Shown here piece after piece: positions 39,957 through 50,796 of a DNA stretch of 64,000 nt. This stretch comes from Sulfolobales archaeon HS-7 (lineage in GTDB: Archaea > Thermoproteota > Thermoprotei_A > Sulfolobales > Sulfolobaceae). The notes beneath the pieces are model-generated. The model worked only from the letters and a program-made list of their open reading frames with translations. It was not told the origin of the DNA and did not search any database. Positions within the stretch are counted from its first letter, which is position 1, and the number at the start of each line of letters is the position of its first letter. A program made the position numbers and the translations under genes. Location: positions 1,184,001 to 1,248,000 of the forward strand of contig AP024596.1 of the NCBI GenBank assembly GCA_019704295.1, read 5' to 3'.

Positions 39957-41786
39957 ATGGCAATTCATAACGATAAGGTAAGGTTTTTGACGTACGTAAC
40001 AGCCCCCTTCGCTATGGAACTCATTAGAACGGGAGCTGTTAAAAAATTTCCTGAAATTTTGTCATCCTACGGAATAGAAAAAGTATACATAGAGAACTAT
40101 AGGGACGGACTATTACTAAGCAAAAGCGATCTCCAATATCTGAAGGATAGGTTTGAGAGAAGACTGGAGGTTTCGGGAGGAATGGCAATAGGTACGTGGG
40201 GTGAGGGATGGGGAGAGATGGAACAATACGAATTCAAGGTAGCATGCATAAGCGACGAAAGGAATAGACAAATGATAAAGGCCGTTGCCGAAAGGAACGC
40301 CGAAGTTTTTAATGAAGTCATTATTGACGACTTCTGGGCAAACTGGTGTTACTCTGAAAAGGACGTTGAGAAATTTAACGAAATTTACGGGTATAGGTTA
40401 GATAAGAACACGTTGTCCAAACTACTAGCTGATAATGACGAAGAGATATCCTCTCTTTGGGCAAACTACTCGTCGCAACTTCTTGAGGACGTGTCTAAAA
40501 ATTACGTAGTAGAGCCTATGAAAAAAATAAACAGTAACTTGAAACTGATTCTAAAGGTTGGGGAGTGGAGGGAACTCTACATTCACAGGGGGTTAAACCT
40601 TCGTAGACTATCGAGACTGTTCGATAAGTTCTATGTGGGCACGGAGTCAAGAGAATTCTCCCCTGTCACAGGTTCTCTATATATCGTGCAATTCGTAAGG
40701 GCACTAGTAGGAGAGAAAGTAAAAGGGGTCTGGTTCGATCTTTATGATGGTATTACGTGGGAAGAACATGCAAGTTTACACACGTTAAGAAATCAAGCTA
40801 AGCTAAGCATGATGGGCTTCACTGATGAAATTTTGCTTTTTGATGCGAGACATTTTATGCAAAATTCTAGCGATAAGGAAATTCGAGGAATTGTTAACGA
40901 AATACGGCTTATGAAAAGTTGGAGAAGAAGGGTAACTGGCGAGGAAAAGGGTCTAAAAAAACTTGCTATACAACACCCCTATAATCAGGTCTTTGATGGC
41001 TATTTTGCCGATACGCTCGGATTAATAGGGGTGCCCATAGTATACGCGTCTGTTGATAGTGTAAAGGAAGGGGACAACGTTTTACTTACTGAAGGCGACA
41101 TCAAATATGTCGATATTTTAAGACTAATAGAGCAGGGGGCCAACCTGATCCTAACTGCATCAGCTGCTGAAAAATTAGGTAATACGCTGGGAGAAGTTGG
41201 ATATCAAATACTAGGAGTAGATTCTAGGAATCCGATCCTGCATCAATTCGTTAACGGGTATGCCTTCTTCTCTAAGGGAATTGGAGCCTCAAGACGTCAC
41301 AGGGTTGCTCCTGGATTTCTTGCAGGTCCAATATTTAATACAAATGACTCCGCTAATGTAATGCTGTGGCTATACGATGGAAAATTATCATATCCCGTGA
41401 TTTTTCAAAACAGTTATAGGACAGTGAAGGTCTCCGTATTAGGTATCACAAAGTACTATGGGTATCTTACGTTTAATTATCCTGAACTTGTAAGACAGGT
41501 AGTAAGGGACATCGCTTTCAATAACTTGGATTTCAGCGTTGAGGCAATAGGACACACTCTGACTAACTTAGTTACCGTGGTAAGGGGGAATAGCGTTACA
41601 TTTGTAAACCTCAATCCCTTTAACATAAGATTCTTCGTTAACCTTAAGGAAAACTCATATGTTGAGCTGGAAAAGCCGAGCGTAGGGGCTAAAATAGTTA
41701 GTGAGGAGAGCCTGAACAACGGAAAAAGAGTAAAAGTCGGAGTTAGCGCACATGGGCAAGCCTTACTTAAGATCACTACTCGCTGA
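39957..41786 (+). CDS. Uncharacterised 609-aa protein, possible glycoside hydrolase
   Basis: TIM-barrel-like N-half with YIENYR, IIDDFW and VGTESRE; beta-rich C-terminus; lies inside a sugar locus. Confidence 0.55.
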   Translation: MAIHNDKVRFLTYVTAPFAMELIRTGAVKKFPEILSSYGIEKVYIENYRDGLLLSKSDLQYLKDRFERRLEVSGGMAIGTWGEGWGEMEQYEFKVACISDERNRQMIKAVAERNAEVFNEVIIDDFWANWCYSEKDVEKFNEIYGYRLDKNTLSKLLADNDEEISSLWANYSSQLLEDVSKNYVVEPMKKINSNLKLILKVGEWRELYIHRGLNLRRLSRLFDKFYVGTESREFSPVTGSLYIVQFVRALVGEKVKGVWFDLYDGITWEEHASLHTLRNQAKLSMMGFTDEILLFDARHFMQNSSDKEIRGIVNEIRLMKSWRRRVTGEEKGLKKLAIQHPYNQVFDGYFADTLGLIGVPIVYASVDSVKEGDNVLLTEGDIKYVDILRLIEQGANLILTASAAEKLGNTLGEVGYQILGVDSRNPILHQFVNGYAFFSKGIGASRRHRVAPGFLAGPIFNTNDSANVMLWLYDGKLSYPVIFQNSYRTVKVSVLGITKYYGYLTFNYPELVRQVVRDIAFNNLDFSVEAIGHTLTNLVTVVRGNSVTFVNLNPFNIRFFVNLKENSYVELEKPSVGAKIVSEESLNNGKRVKVGVSAHGQALLKITTR

Positions 41787-42723
41787 TCTCCCAGCTGTAC
41801 AAATGATATCCCCCTACAGCCACGCCGTTTTGATTGTTAATTTCCATTCCTACCTGTATTGCATCTAAGTAATAGTGCAAAATAGAATCTTTCCATCCCG
41901 CCTTGGATTCTAGAATTACGGACAACTGCTTTAGGGCAATACCCACTGGAATCTCGAATTCGCCTGAATATAAAGGAATTTTAGGGGTAAAAACTACCAG
42001 AGTCCAACCACCCCCACTTACATTTAACACCCAAACATTCCACGAAATGGGAGTCTTCGTACCGTTTATGTAATCAGTTAATGTGATCGAACCAGCGTAT
42101 TGGTAATATGGAGCCCTTGATAGATTTTCCGTATAATACATCCAGAACATGACTTCCAGGTCTCCCTTGGTAATAGAACTCACGTTAGTCCCCGGCTGAG
42201 GTGTCAGCCAAATATCATACGAGAAATCAGTTATACTTCCCCTATACAAAAACAGAGCGTACTTAACAGTGGAAGTGAAGTTTGGCGTTTGCCCCAGAAT
42301 TTCTGGTAAAGGTAACCACGAAACCTCATAGGTCCTGTTTTCGAATGGAAACCACTCCTCTGCTCCATACATGAGTCCTGGATATCCTAATACCGGAGTA
42401 CCTGGAGCAGTTTTCTTTACATTTGTTAGATTTACTAGGACGTAAAAACCCGTTCTGTTATACGTAACTAAAGAGTACCCATTTGCCTCTTCCACGTTCC
42501 ACATGAAGGGTGAGGCAATTAATGAGGCCTCGTTTCCTCTTATGAAGGTAAGTGGGTACCAATAGTATTGATTGCCTATAGCAGTGGCGTTATTTGTTAT
42601 TGCCGGTATTAAAAGGACAGTCTCTTGGGACGAGGAAATTAGCTTGGACTGCCTTGCTTCGAGGTAAAGAAAAGAACTAGCTACTAAGATAACTACTATT
42701 GCAATAATTACTTTACTCCGCAT
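41776..42723 (-). CDS. GH12 endoglucanase, N-terminally anchored
   Basis: FMWN, GYPGLMYG, SYDIW, LEVMFW and IQVGME motifs. Last gene of the ABC operon. Confidence 0.85.
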   Translation of the reverse strand: MRSKVIIAIVVILVASSFLYLEARQSKLISSSQETVLLIPAITNNATAIGNQYYWYPLTFIRGNEASLIASPFMWNVEEANGYSLVTYNRTGFYVLVNLTNVKKTAPGTPVLGYPGLMYGAEEWFPFENRTYEVSWLPLPEILGQTPNFTSTVKYALFLYRGSITDFSYDIWLTPQPGTNVSSITKGDLEVMFWMYYTENLSRAPYYQYAGSITLTDYINGTKTPISWNVWVLNVSGGGWTLVVFTPKIPLYSGEFEIPVGIALKQLSVILESKAGWKDSILHYYLDAIQVGMEINNQNGVAVGGYHLYSWEISE

Positions 42724-42726
42724 ATC

Positions 42727-43527
42727 TCAGTCAATCCTAGTGTATGGGTTTGGTACGACTTTTGTTAACAATTTCGTGTATTCATTTTGTGGGTTCGTTA
42801 TAACCCTTTCAACGTCACCCTCCTCAACTATTCTTCCTTGTTTGACTACGTATACCCTGTCAGCTACATATCCAATAGTCGCTATATCATGGGTAATGTA
42901 CATTATTGATATCCCCTTTTCATCTCTAAGTCTCTTGAAGAGCTCTAACAAGGACGCTCTTATTGACGCGTCCACGTTTGAGACAGGTTCATCCGCTACC
43001 AGAACCTTTGGATTTAGGGCGAGAACTCTTGCCAAGTACACTCTCTGCCTCTGCCCACCAGAAAGCTGGAAAGGATATTTATACAGGAATTCCTCTGGAG
43101 GGGAAAGCGATACCTCCTTGAGGAGTTCGACGACCCTCTCCTCTATATCTCCGTTATATTTGTATAATTTAAGGGGCCTCTCAATATGCCACTTAACTGT
43201 GTGGGTAGGATCTAGTGAAGAATAGGGATCTTGAAACACCAGATTGACATCAGCCCTATATCTCCTAAGTTCCTTCTTGCTCATTTTCGTTACGTCAAGT
43301 CCCATTGGATAATACATTATACTTCCCTTTGTTGGCTTAAGTAATCCGACAATCATCCACGCGATTACCGTTTTTCCTCCCCCGCTCCCTCCTACCATTC
43401 CAACTATTTCATTCTCCCTTATTTCCATATTTACGTCCCATATACCAGGTCTGTGTTCTTTCCTGAGTAAACCAGTCCTAACGATAAAGTCTTTGTAGAC
43501 GTGAATTAACTCGATTAGTTTACTCAT
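42727..43527 (-). CDS. ABC ATPase, DppF/OppF-like
   Basis: GGSGGGKT, VFQDP, LSGGQRQR, ADEP and ITHD motifs. Confidence 0.92.
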   Translation of the reverse strand: MSKLIELIHVYKDFIVRTGLLRKEHRPGIWDVNMEIRENEIVGMVGGSGGGKTVIAWMIVGLLKPTKGSIMYYPMGLDVTKMSKKELRRYRADVNLVFQDPYSSLDPTHTVKWHIERPLKLYKYNGDIEERVVELLKEVSLSPPEEFLYKYPFQLSGGQRQRVYLARVLALNPKVLVADEPVSNVDASIRASLLELFKRLRDEKGISIMYITHDIATIGYVADRVYVVKQGRIVEEGDVERVITNPQNEYTKLLTKVVPNPYTRID

Positions 43528-44527
43528 AGATCTTCTTCACCTCCTTTTTCCACTCGGGATATCTACTACATATGTAAAATCCGTATTGATCGTAACTCAC
43601 CTTTTCCGGAGGGACCTCCCTGCACGTATCTGTAGCGAAAGGACATCTTGATGAGAATACGCATCCCTTGGGATACCTTCCGAAACCCTCAAAGTCCCCA
43701 GGAATTCGCGGTAGTTTTTTGCCCCTTGATGTTATCGTAGGTACGCTATGTAAAAGTAGGTATGTATAAGGATTATAAGCGTCTTCAAGCAGGGTCTCAT
43801 AGCTGCCGTATTCCAATACCTGTCCTCCATACATAACTGCTATATAGTCCGATATCTGAAACAGCATTGCGATATCGTGACTTATGATCAGGAGGGATAA
43901 ACTCTTCTCCTTCTGAAGTCTCTTTATTAGCTTAAGTATTTCATGTTGAACGACCACGTCAAGACCTGTTGTAGGTTCGTCCATTATGACTATTCTCGGA
44001 TCAAGAATCAATGAAACGGCTATTACTACCCTTTGTCGCATTCCTCCTGACAATTGAAACGGATACATGTCCAAAACCTGTTTATCTGAGAACCCGACGT
44101 CCTCCAGAGCTCTGTAAATCACGTTAATATTAGAGTAGTAATCCATACCCCTTGATTTTAAGACATCGAAGAATATCTCCTTAACCTTGCGTATGGGATT
44201 TAAGGAGTTCTGGGCAGCTTGAGGTACAAAAGAGATCAATTTCCCTCGTATCTCGTTCACCTGTTCGTTGTCCATTGAGAGCACGTCATACTTACCGTCT
44301 ACTATTATGCTCCCCGATTCGACTAACATAGGGGGATTTATGAATTTCATAATGGCCGAGGCAAGTGTCGATTTCCCGGAACCTGATTCCCCAGCTATTC
44401 CCGTTATTTTGTTTGACGGGATATCAATGGTTACATTCCTTAGTACTGTGGTAAGTCCAGAGTCGGATATATACCCGACTCGGAGTCCCCTAACTGATAT
44501 TGCCGGTTCCGTCACCATTATCACCAT
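43520..44527 (-). CDS. ABC ATPase, DppD/OppD-like
   Basis: GESGSGKST, LSGGMRQR, MDEPTT and a C-terminal C..RC....C oligopeptide-type domain. Confidence 0.92.
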   Translation of the reverse strand: MVIMVTEPAISVRGLRVGYISDSGLTTVLRNVTIDIPSNKITGIAGESGSGKSTLASAIMKFINPPMLVESGSIIVDGKYDVLSMDNEQVNEIRGKLISFVPQAAQNSLNPIRKVKEIFFDVLKSRGMDYYSNINVIYRALEDVGFSDKQVLDMYPFQLSGGMRQRVVIAVSLILDPRIVIMDEPTTGLDVVVQHEILKLIKRLQKEKSLSLLIISHDIAMLFQISDYIAVMYGGQVLEYGSYETLLEDAYNPYTYLLLHSVPTITSRGKKLPRIPGDFEGFGRYPKGCVFSSRCPFATDTCREVPPEKVSYDQYGFYICSRYPEWKKEVKKIYE

Positions 44528-45482
44528 TATTTTCTTTAATTTGTTTATAATATTTCTTTATATTCCACTCCCTTAATTTTGGATTAGCTACTCTATCTAT
44601 GCCCCTGTTTATTAAAGCAAATGAAAGGGCAACGAGACCAATCATTAGTCCTGGTGGGACGTACCACCACCACAGACCCCTTAAGTAGGCCTCTCCTCCG
44701 AGGGACCAGTAGAGCATCGTCCCCCAATTCACTTGAGTTAAACTTCCAAGCCCGAAGTAGTATATGAAGGTTAATCCCGCGATACCGTAAATTGCTGTAA
44801 AGAAGAAATTCGAAGCTATAAAGGGAAGGTTATTAGGAATGATTTGTTGAAATATAACGTTCATTTTAGATTCCCCTATAAGCTCTGAGGAAAGTATGTA
44901 CTCCTTCCTTCTAGTGGAGAGTACAAGGGATCGTAATACACGGGCACCCCACGCCCAACCGGTGGCTGACAGCGCCCCCAGAATTACAAAGTAGCCTAGC
45001 TTTATGGAAATTGCACCGAGATATGCCCCTATTAATTCGATGATGAGAATTCCCGGTATTATGAGAAATATTTGCGTAATTCCACTCAATATTCTGTCCA
45101 CTATCGTGTCGGCATAAAGACCTGCGGTAATTCCGACTAAAATAGCTATAAATGTTCCTATGAGACCAGTTAATATCCCTACTGCTATTACGGGAAAACC
45201 TCCCACTAATAGCTGGGAGAATACGTCCTGTCCGTAATCAGTCGTTCCGAGTAGATGCTGGAAAGATGGAGGTAGATCTCTCGGAAAGCTAGTCTGATTG
45301 GGGTTATAGGGGGTATAGAAAACCCCAATAGTACAGAAGACAATTATACCTAGAAGAAGGTAAAGTCCTACACGCGATATCCTCTGTTCCCATATACCCT
45401 GTAAAAGACTGTAAAACGCACTTTGTTTATCCACGTTAATCCTGAATCTCCTCTCTCTTTGTTTAGTTCTACTTACGCCCAT
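44490..45482 (-). CDS. ABC permease, DppC/OppC-like
   Basis: HLLGTT.YGQDVF, WG.ML and WWW..PPG motifs. Confidence 0.9.
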   Translation of the reverse strand: MGVSRTKQRERRFRINVDKQSAFYSLLQGIWEQRISRVGLYLLLGIIVFCTIGVFYTPYNPNQTSFPRDLPPSFQHLLGTTDYGQDVFSQLLVGGFPVIAVGILTGLIGTFIAILVGITAGLYADTIVDRILSGITQIFLIIPGILIIELIGAYLGAISIKLGYFVILGALSATGWAWGARVLRSLVLSTRRKEYILSSELIGESKMNVIFQQIIPNNLPFIASNFFFTAIYGIAGLTFIYYFGLGSLTQVNWGTMLYWSLGGEAYLRGLWWWYVPPGLMIGLVALSFALINRGIDRVANPKLREWNIKKYYKQIKENNGDNGDGTGNIS

Positions 45483-46513
45483 TATACTCCCTCAGTCTCC
45501 TCATGACTAGTTCTAGGGTCTATCATTCCATAAACGATATCTGCAACGAAATTACTTAGAACCATTGCGGTAACGAGCATGAAGAATATTCCATTTAATA
45601 ACGGATAATCTAATGCGGTAATCGCTTCGTTAAAGAAATATCCTAAGCCAGCGTAATTGAAAAGGAGTTCGATTGCTATCGCACCTAGCACAGAGTAACC
45701 AAGAGCTATGGAGAAGCTAGTGAAGTTGGGTAGTAGTGCTAACCTGTAGGCTTTTTGTGATACCTGTTTCTCTGGAACACCCATAAGCCTGTAATAGTTC
45801 ATGTAGTCTTCCTGAAGTATTGGGATCATGTTATTTCTCATTCCCATTACCCATCCTGCCAATGAAAATGCGATCAGAGTTATTACTGGTAGCATTGCAT
45901 GATAAACAACTGACCAAATAAAGGGTAATGAGAATTCCGGCCTAATGAACTTGAAAGTGTTATACTGACTACCCAAAGGAAATATGTGAGCGTCAACCGC
46001 TAGAAACTCTATGAGAATTTCTCCCGTAACGAATACTGGAAATGTGTAAAGGAACATTGTGCCTCCAACAATGAGGTAATCCTTTATGCCGCCTCGAGAT
46101 AGAGCTGCAGTTCTCCCCAAAATGTTTCCAATGAAGAAGGCTCCTACAACTGCAGGGATTACTATCGCAAAAGTCCAAGGAGCAGCCTCCTCTATTATTT
46201 GAGAGACGGGCACAGGAAACTCCAAGAGAGAGGGACCGAAATTAAGCTGTATAATATCTTTAAGGAAATCGAAATATTGAATGTAAAGCGGCGTGTGGTA
46301 GTATTGTGACAACCCAAGTTGCTGAACAAGAATCTCTATTTCTTGTTGAACGTTATTCCCATACGCTGATGCCGCTGCTCCTATTCTACCGTAAATTATC
46401 GTTCCTAAAACACTCCCAGGAATAAGACGAGGCAAAATGAAATCAATAGATATGCCGACAAACCAAATGATTATATAATATATACCTCTCTTTATTAGGT
46501 ACTCCTTTTTCAT
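45482..46513 (-). CDS. ABC permease, DppB/OppB-like
   Basis: PRLIPG, PLY.QY, NFG.S, E..F.Y.GLG, DYP and DPR motifs. Confidence 0.9.
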   Translation of the reverse strand: MKKEYLIKRGIYYIIIWFVGISIDFILPRLIPGSVLGTIIYGRIGAAASAYGNNVQQEIEILVQQLGLSQYYHTPLYIQYFDFLKDIIQLNFGPSLLEFPVPVSQIIEEAAPWTFAIVIPAVVGAFFIGNILGRTAALSRGGIKDYLIVGGTMFLYTFPVFVTGEILIEFLAVDAHIFPLGSQYNTFKFIRPEFSLPFIWSVVYHAMLPVITLIAFSLAGWVMGMRNNMIPILQEDYMNYYRLMGVPEKQVSQKAYRLALLPNFTSFSIALGYSVLGAIAIELLFNYAGLGYFFNEAITALDYPLLNGIFFMLVTAMVLSNFVADIVYGMIDPRTSHEETEGV

Positions 46514-46764
46514 TAAGTATAGTATGCAGTTATAACTATATAAATATTAACTACTCAATAAGTTCTAAATTCAGTTGAGAATTATCAGATATTACCTCGA
46601 GAATGTACGCTGATCAATTACGTAATATTTAATTAAATGAGGATAACTGGTGGCTGTTCCTTCTCCCCTTGTATAATTATATAATTCATGGAGATATGTA
46701 ATATAAGTATTTGCATAAAGTTTAAATAGTCATGATAGATGAAGAAATTAGATAAGGTGAAGAT

Positions 46765-48837
46765 ATGAGTATAGAACTCAACTTAAAGAAAATGGTTTCT
46801 CTGTTTTTAGCAATATTGATGGTAATGGGATTCGGAATAATGCTGACGCCAGTTTTAGCCCAAAGTTCAACATCAACGACGCAGCCAGAGGGTAGTATAA
46901 CAATACTGGGTTCACCAGGCGAAGTGTGGCAAGATAACTTCAATCCATGGAGTGCTCCAGCCTTACCAGGCGGCTTAATTTACTTTATTTACGAACCGTT
47001 GGCACTGGTTAACCCGCTAAGTGGGCAAGTAATCCCATGGTTAGCAACTAATTGGTCGTGGACTTCTGGGTACGTTTACGTTAATAACTCAGGAAACTTA
47101 ACCAAAGTTCCTACAAGAGCCATTATAGTAAATCTGAGGGAAAACGTAACATTTAGCAATGGTGTTCCCTTTAATGCTACAGCAGTTTGGTACACAGTTG
47201 CCCTTGAACAGGCATATCCTCAATTGGGATATTTAGCTGGAACAGTAGCTAACATCACAATATTAGGACCGTACAGTATTGAGATAATATTCAATCCAAA
47301 TCAGGGGCCAATAACTCTTTACACACTGCTTAGGCAATTTATAGTAGATCCCTATCAGTGGGGTGCAATATTTCCACTCAAGCAACTTCCTAATGGTACT
47401 ATTGTGGCACTGAATCAAACTGGAAACCCATACAGATATCCTAATACCGATCCGATAGGCACAGGTCCATATGTGTTATACAGTTTTACCCCGCAGGAAA
47501 TAGTTCTAGCTGCTAACCCGCATTACTGGATGCCGGGAGAACCACGTATTAAGTATTTATACTACCCATCATATCCGAGCAACGTTCAGGCAGACACTGC
47601 TCTCAACAACGGTCAGATCACTTGGGGTGGAATTTTCGAACCTAACATTCAGCAAGATTTTACTTCTAAGAATCCTCAATATTACCACTACTATTTTGAA
47701 CCCCAAGTACCGGTTATGCTAACTTTTAACGATTTGATGTGGCCTTTATCTGATCCAGTGCTTCGTCAAGCGATAAGCTTAGCGATCAATAGAACTGCCA
47801 TATATTACCTCGGCGAGTACGGATATGAACTACCCTCGGCAACACCCCTTCCAATACCACAACAACAACTATATGTTCTTAACTCGACTGTCCTCAAGCT
47901 GGCGGAACAATTCGCTCCTCCTGACGGTAACGTTTCAGCCGCACTTCAACTGTTAAAGAGTCACGGATTTTCTCTAAATTCACAGGGGCAATTGGTAGCT
48001 CCTAACGGCACCGTTGTACCTCCACTTACAATAATCACAGTCGCAGGATGGACTGATTGGGATGCTGATCTGACGTTGATATCTCAACAATTAAAACAGA
48101 TAGGTCTGACCGTAAACGTGGAAACACCACCGTTTTCGGTTTGGTTTAGCGACATGGAGACAGGACACTACGACATGGCTATTGCATGGGATTTAGTAAG
48201 TGGTCCTACCCCGATTGAAGAGTTAGAGGGCTACCTATACAACTACTGGAATTCCCCCGGCAATGTTACGCCTATAGGAAACTCAACTTACTATAACTGG
48301 GAGAGGTTTAACCTATCCGTTGTATCCCCCTCTTTTGAACAGATGGTACAGTGGGCATGGAATAATTTCAGTGTAAACCAGACTGCATATGACAACATTA
48401 TAAATAGACTTGCATTACTCTGGATCCAATACATGCCCTCAGTAGGATTAGTCTATAGTGCATATTGGTACGAATACATTAACTCAACTGTAGTCGGATG
48501 GCCGAACGCCCAAAACCCCTATTGGTTAGGATCTCCTTACAATGGACTGCCTGAGACGGAGCTTCCAGTAGTCCTCGCTCTTCACTTAGTAAATCAGTCG
48601 GTACCAATGCCTTGGTGGTACTATACCTCTCAGGTACCGAAAAGCTGGTACACTTCGAGCAATCCGTTCGTGGTATCTCCCACAACTACTACCCCAGTCT
48701 CAACAACTACTACTTCAATGACTACTCCGCAGTCAACTACGACTCATCCAACAAATAATACGATTATATACGTGGTCGTAGCTATTGTAATCATCGTTGT
48801 GATAGCGGCTGCTGTATTAGTAATGAGAAGAAAATAA
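46765..48837 (+). CDS. Family-5 substrate-binding protein, probably for oligosaccharides
   Basis: NFNP, IYEPL, PWLA, PIGTGPY, GWTDW; Thr/Ser linker and C-terminal TM with RRK. Divergent from the permease operon, which ends in GH12. Confidence 0.9.
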   Translation: MSIELNLKKMVSLFLAILMVMGFGIMLTPVLAQSSTSTTQPEGSITILGSPGEVWQDNFNPWSAPALPGGLIYFIYEPLALVNPLSGQVIPWLATNWSWTSGYVYVNNSGNLTKVPTRAIIVNLRENVTFSNGVPFNATAVWYTVALEQAYPQLGYLAGTVANITILGPYSIEIIFNPNQGPITLYTLLRQFIVDPYQWGAIFPLKQLPNGTIVALNQTGNPYRYPNTDPIGTGPYVLYSFTPQEIVLAANPHYWMPGEPRIKYLYYPSYPSNVQADTALNNGQITWGGIFEPNIQQDFTSKNPQYYHYYFEPQVPVMLTFNDLMWPLSDPVLRQAISLAINRTAIYYLGEYGYELPSATPLPIPQQQLYVLNSTVLKLAEQFAPPDGNVSAALQLLKSHGFSLNSQGQLVAPNGTVVPPLTIITVAGWTDWDADLTLISQQLKQIGLTVNVETPPFSVWFSDMETGHYDMAIAWDLVSGPTPIEELEGYLYNYWNSPGNVTPIGNSTYYNWERFNLSVVSPSFEQMVQWAWNNFSVNQTAYDNIINRLALLWIQYMPSVGLVYSAYWYEYINSTVVGWPNAQNPYWLGSPYNGLPETELPVVLALHLVNQSVPMPWWYYTSQVPKSWYTSSNPFVVSPTTTTPVSTTTTSMTTPQSTTTHPTNNTIIYVVVAIVIIVVIAAAVLVMRRK

Positions 48838-48955
48838 AATTAAGAATATAAGTTAATATTTTTTATTATTGCTATTTTTATCCCATTAGGTTAACTCAAT
48901 CCTCAGGTTTTTCAGGATTATATACGCTTATATACTCGTTCTCAAAAAGTATACT

Positions 48956-49192
48956 ATGCCGTTAATAACTGTTAAAGTAGGGGAGGAGTTAAAGAGGAAA
49001 ATGGAAAAATACCCAGAGATCAATTGGAGTGAAGTTATTAGAAGATCAATAGAAGAGGAATTAAGGCATCTGTCAGGTAAGGATATAGCAAAGGCGGTTC
49101 TACTAACTGAGAAAAACAAGTTCAAGCCCGATGTAGATTTGGTAACTGCCAAGGAGGCAAGGAAATGGAGATCGTTATTGACGCCTCGATAG
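48956..49192 (+). CDS. vapB: VapB-type RHH antitoxin
   Basis: ITVKVGEELKRKM..INWSEVIRR.IEE; overlaps the PIN gene. Confidence 0.8.
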   Translation: MPLITVKVGEELKRKMEKYPEINWSEVIRRSIEEELRHLSGKDIAKAVLLTEKNKFKPDVDLVTAKEARKWRSLLTPR

Positions 49193-49578
49193 TCTACCGT
49201 TGGTATGCAATTGACGATTATAGCGACTTGGCTATAAGAATAAGGGACGATCATCTTGAAGGTAAATTCGAACTATCTTCCCTAAATATCATGCCCTATG
49301 AAGTCCTGGAAACCATTAGATTCCTAGCTAGTAGCGTCCAGGAGAGTAAATTAAAGGATATTGGAGAGAGTATATACCTGTATGGGATAAAAATGCACTC
49401 GTTTAATGAGGTTTACGAATTGGCTTGCTCTATTTCGTTTGCAGAGGGAATAACTATTCTCGATTCAAGTTACTTAGCGCTTGCGATAAAGCTAAAAACG
49501 AAGTTATATACAGTTAATGAAGCATACAGGGATTTACGGGAAAAGTACAGTGAGAATCTAAATTTTATAACCCTTTAA
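49165..49578 (+). CDS. vapC: VapC PIN-domain toxin
   Basis: VIDAS, YEV, ILDSSYLALA and LYTVN (last Asp not conserved). Confidence 0.8.
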   Translation: MEIVIDASIVYRWYAIDDYSDLAIRIRDDHLEGKFELSSLNIMPYEVLETIRFLASSVQESKLKDIGESIYLYGIKMHSFNEVYELACSISFAEGITILDSSYLALAIKLKTKLYTVNEAYRDLREKYSENLNFITL

Positions 49579-49608
49579 TGTGATGGTATATAATCGTATA
49601 TACGACCC

Positions 49609-50796
49609 TCACAAGGTACTGGCGAATTTCTTGATTGCCTCTAAATCGGCATTTGCAACGGTTTCCCACGATGATCGCAATTCTAAAAATTTATCCGTAT
49701 TGTTGTCGATGAACCATTCCTTATTCAGAACCTTGAGAGTAATGTCAGCTATGTCTCCTATGTTATCTTCCTGAACCCTGAGCACGTCCTTCACTCCAGA
49801 ATAGATCTCCCTAGTTGCCTCAATGTCATATGTAGTTACTGGCGTTCCTGCGGCTAAGGACTCTAATATTACCAGGGAGAAACTGTCGTAATGTGAGGGA
49901 TACACCGTTACTTTGCCTTTCGAGATATAGCGATACAATTCGGTTCCCTCTTTGTAACCTAAATACTCCACGTTTACGTTCAATCTTCTAACGGACTTCT
50001 CGAATACGTCTCTATCGTATTCGGAGGAGAAGTTTCCAAATACGTAAATCCTATAATCTCTCTTCTGGTTAACTCTCTTCCATATTCTAGGTATTTCGAA
50101 TATCCCTTTCTCCGGTATTAGCCGGGTGAAGTAAACTGCGTAATCCTCTTTTTCCTCACTCCTCAATCTTGTGATATAGGAATCAAATGCATTACTGGGT
50201 ACTGTAACTCTGTAGGGGATCATCTCATCTAATCCAGATAATTTAACTGGAGTTTCAGAGACGGAGATTACGAAGTTCAGCATCCTCTCCTTTATGACGT
50301 GTAACCAGCGAGTTCTCTGGTACTCAGAGTCCTTTACCGCTTCTGAAAACGCCTTAAGCGCCCTGGGAAGAGGGCCACGAAATTTTATTTTGAATAGCGT
50401 CCCATAGTCCTTGTAAAAAGGTTGAAGTTGAAGTTGGAGACATAGCGGTTTATTTTCAACTATCGAATGGGCGAAGATAATTTCCTCTGATGAATTGCTG
50501 TAGATACTTGCTATGGTTGATTCCCTAGAGACCTTACGGTAAATATCGGTTATCCTCTCCAACTCCATCCCTTCTCCTATCGCATCAATAACTTCCCCAT
50601 AAACTCCCACATCCCTAAGTTCCTTAATCTTGCTGCTAATTCCTTCATGTTGATTTAAAAAGATCTTTAAATTCCTTAACGAAGGTAATACGACTACGTC
50701 GTCGCGTTTAGCTAACCGTTTTGACACCTCTAAGTTCCTTTTATATCCCCCCGTATTTTCGATGATTCCAAAGTCGATAAATAACGTAACTTTCAA
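49609..50796 (-). CDS. Glycosyltransferase family 4
   Basis: RLIPEKG and YPSHYDSFSLVILESLAAGTPV motifs. Confidence 0.9.
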   Translation of the reverse strand: MKVTLFIDFGIIENTGGYKRNLEVSKRLAKRDDVVVLPSLRNLKIFLNQHEGISSKIKELRDVGVYGEVIDAIGEGMELERITDIYRKVSRESTIASIYSNSSEEIIFAHSIVENKPLCLQLQLQPFYKDYGTLFKIKFRGPLPRALKAFSEAVKDSEYQRTRWLHVIKERMLNFVISVSETPVKLSGLDEMIPYRVTVPSNAFDSYITRLRSEEKEDYAVYFTRLIPEKGIFEIPRIWKRVNQKRDYRIYVFGNFSSEYDRDVFEKSVRRLNVNVEYLGYKEGTELYRYISKGKVTVYPSHYDSFSLVILESLAAGTPVTTYDIEATREIYSGVKDVLRVQEDNIGDIADITLKVLNKEWFIDNNTDKFLELRSSWETVANADLEAIKKFASTL

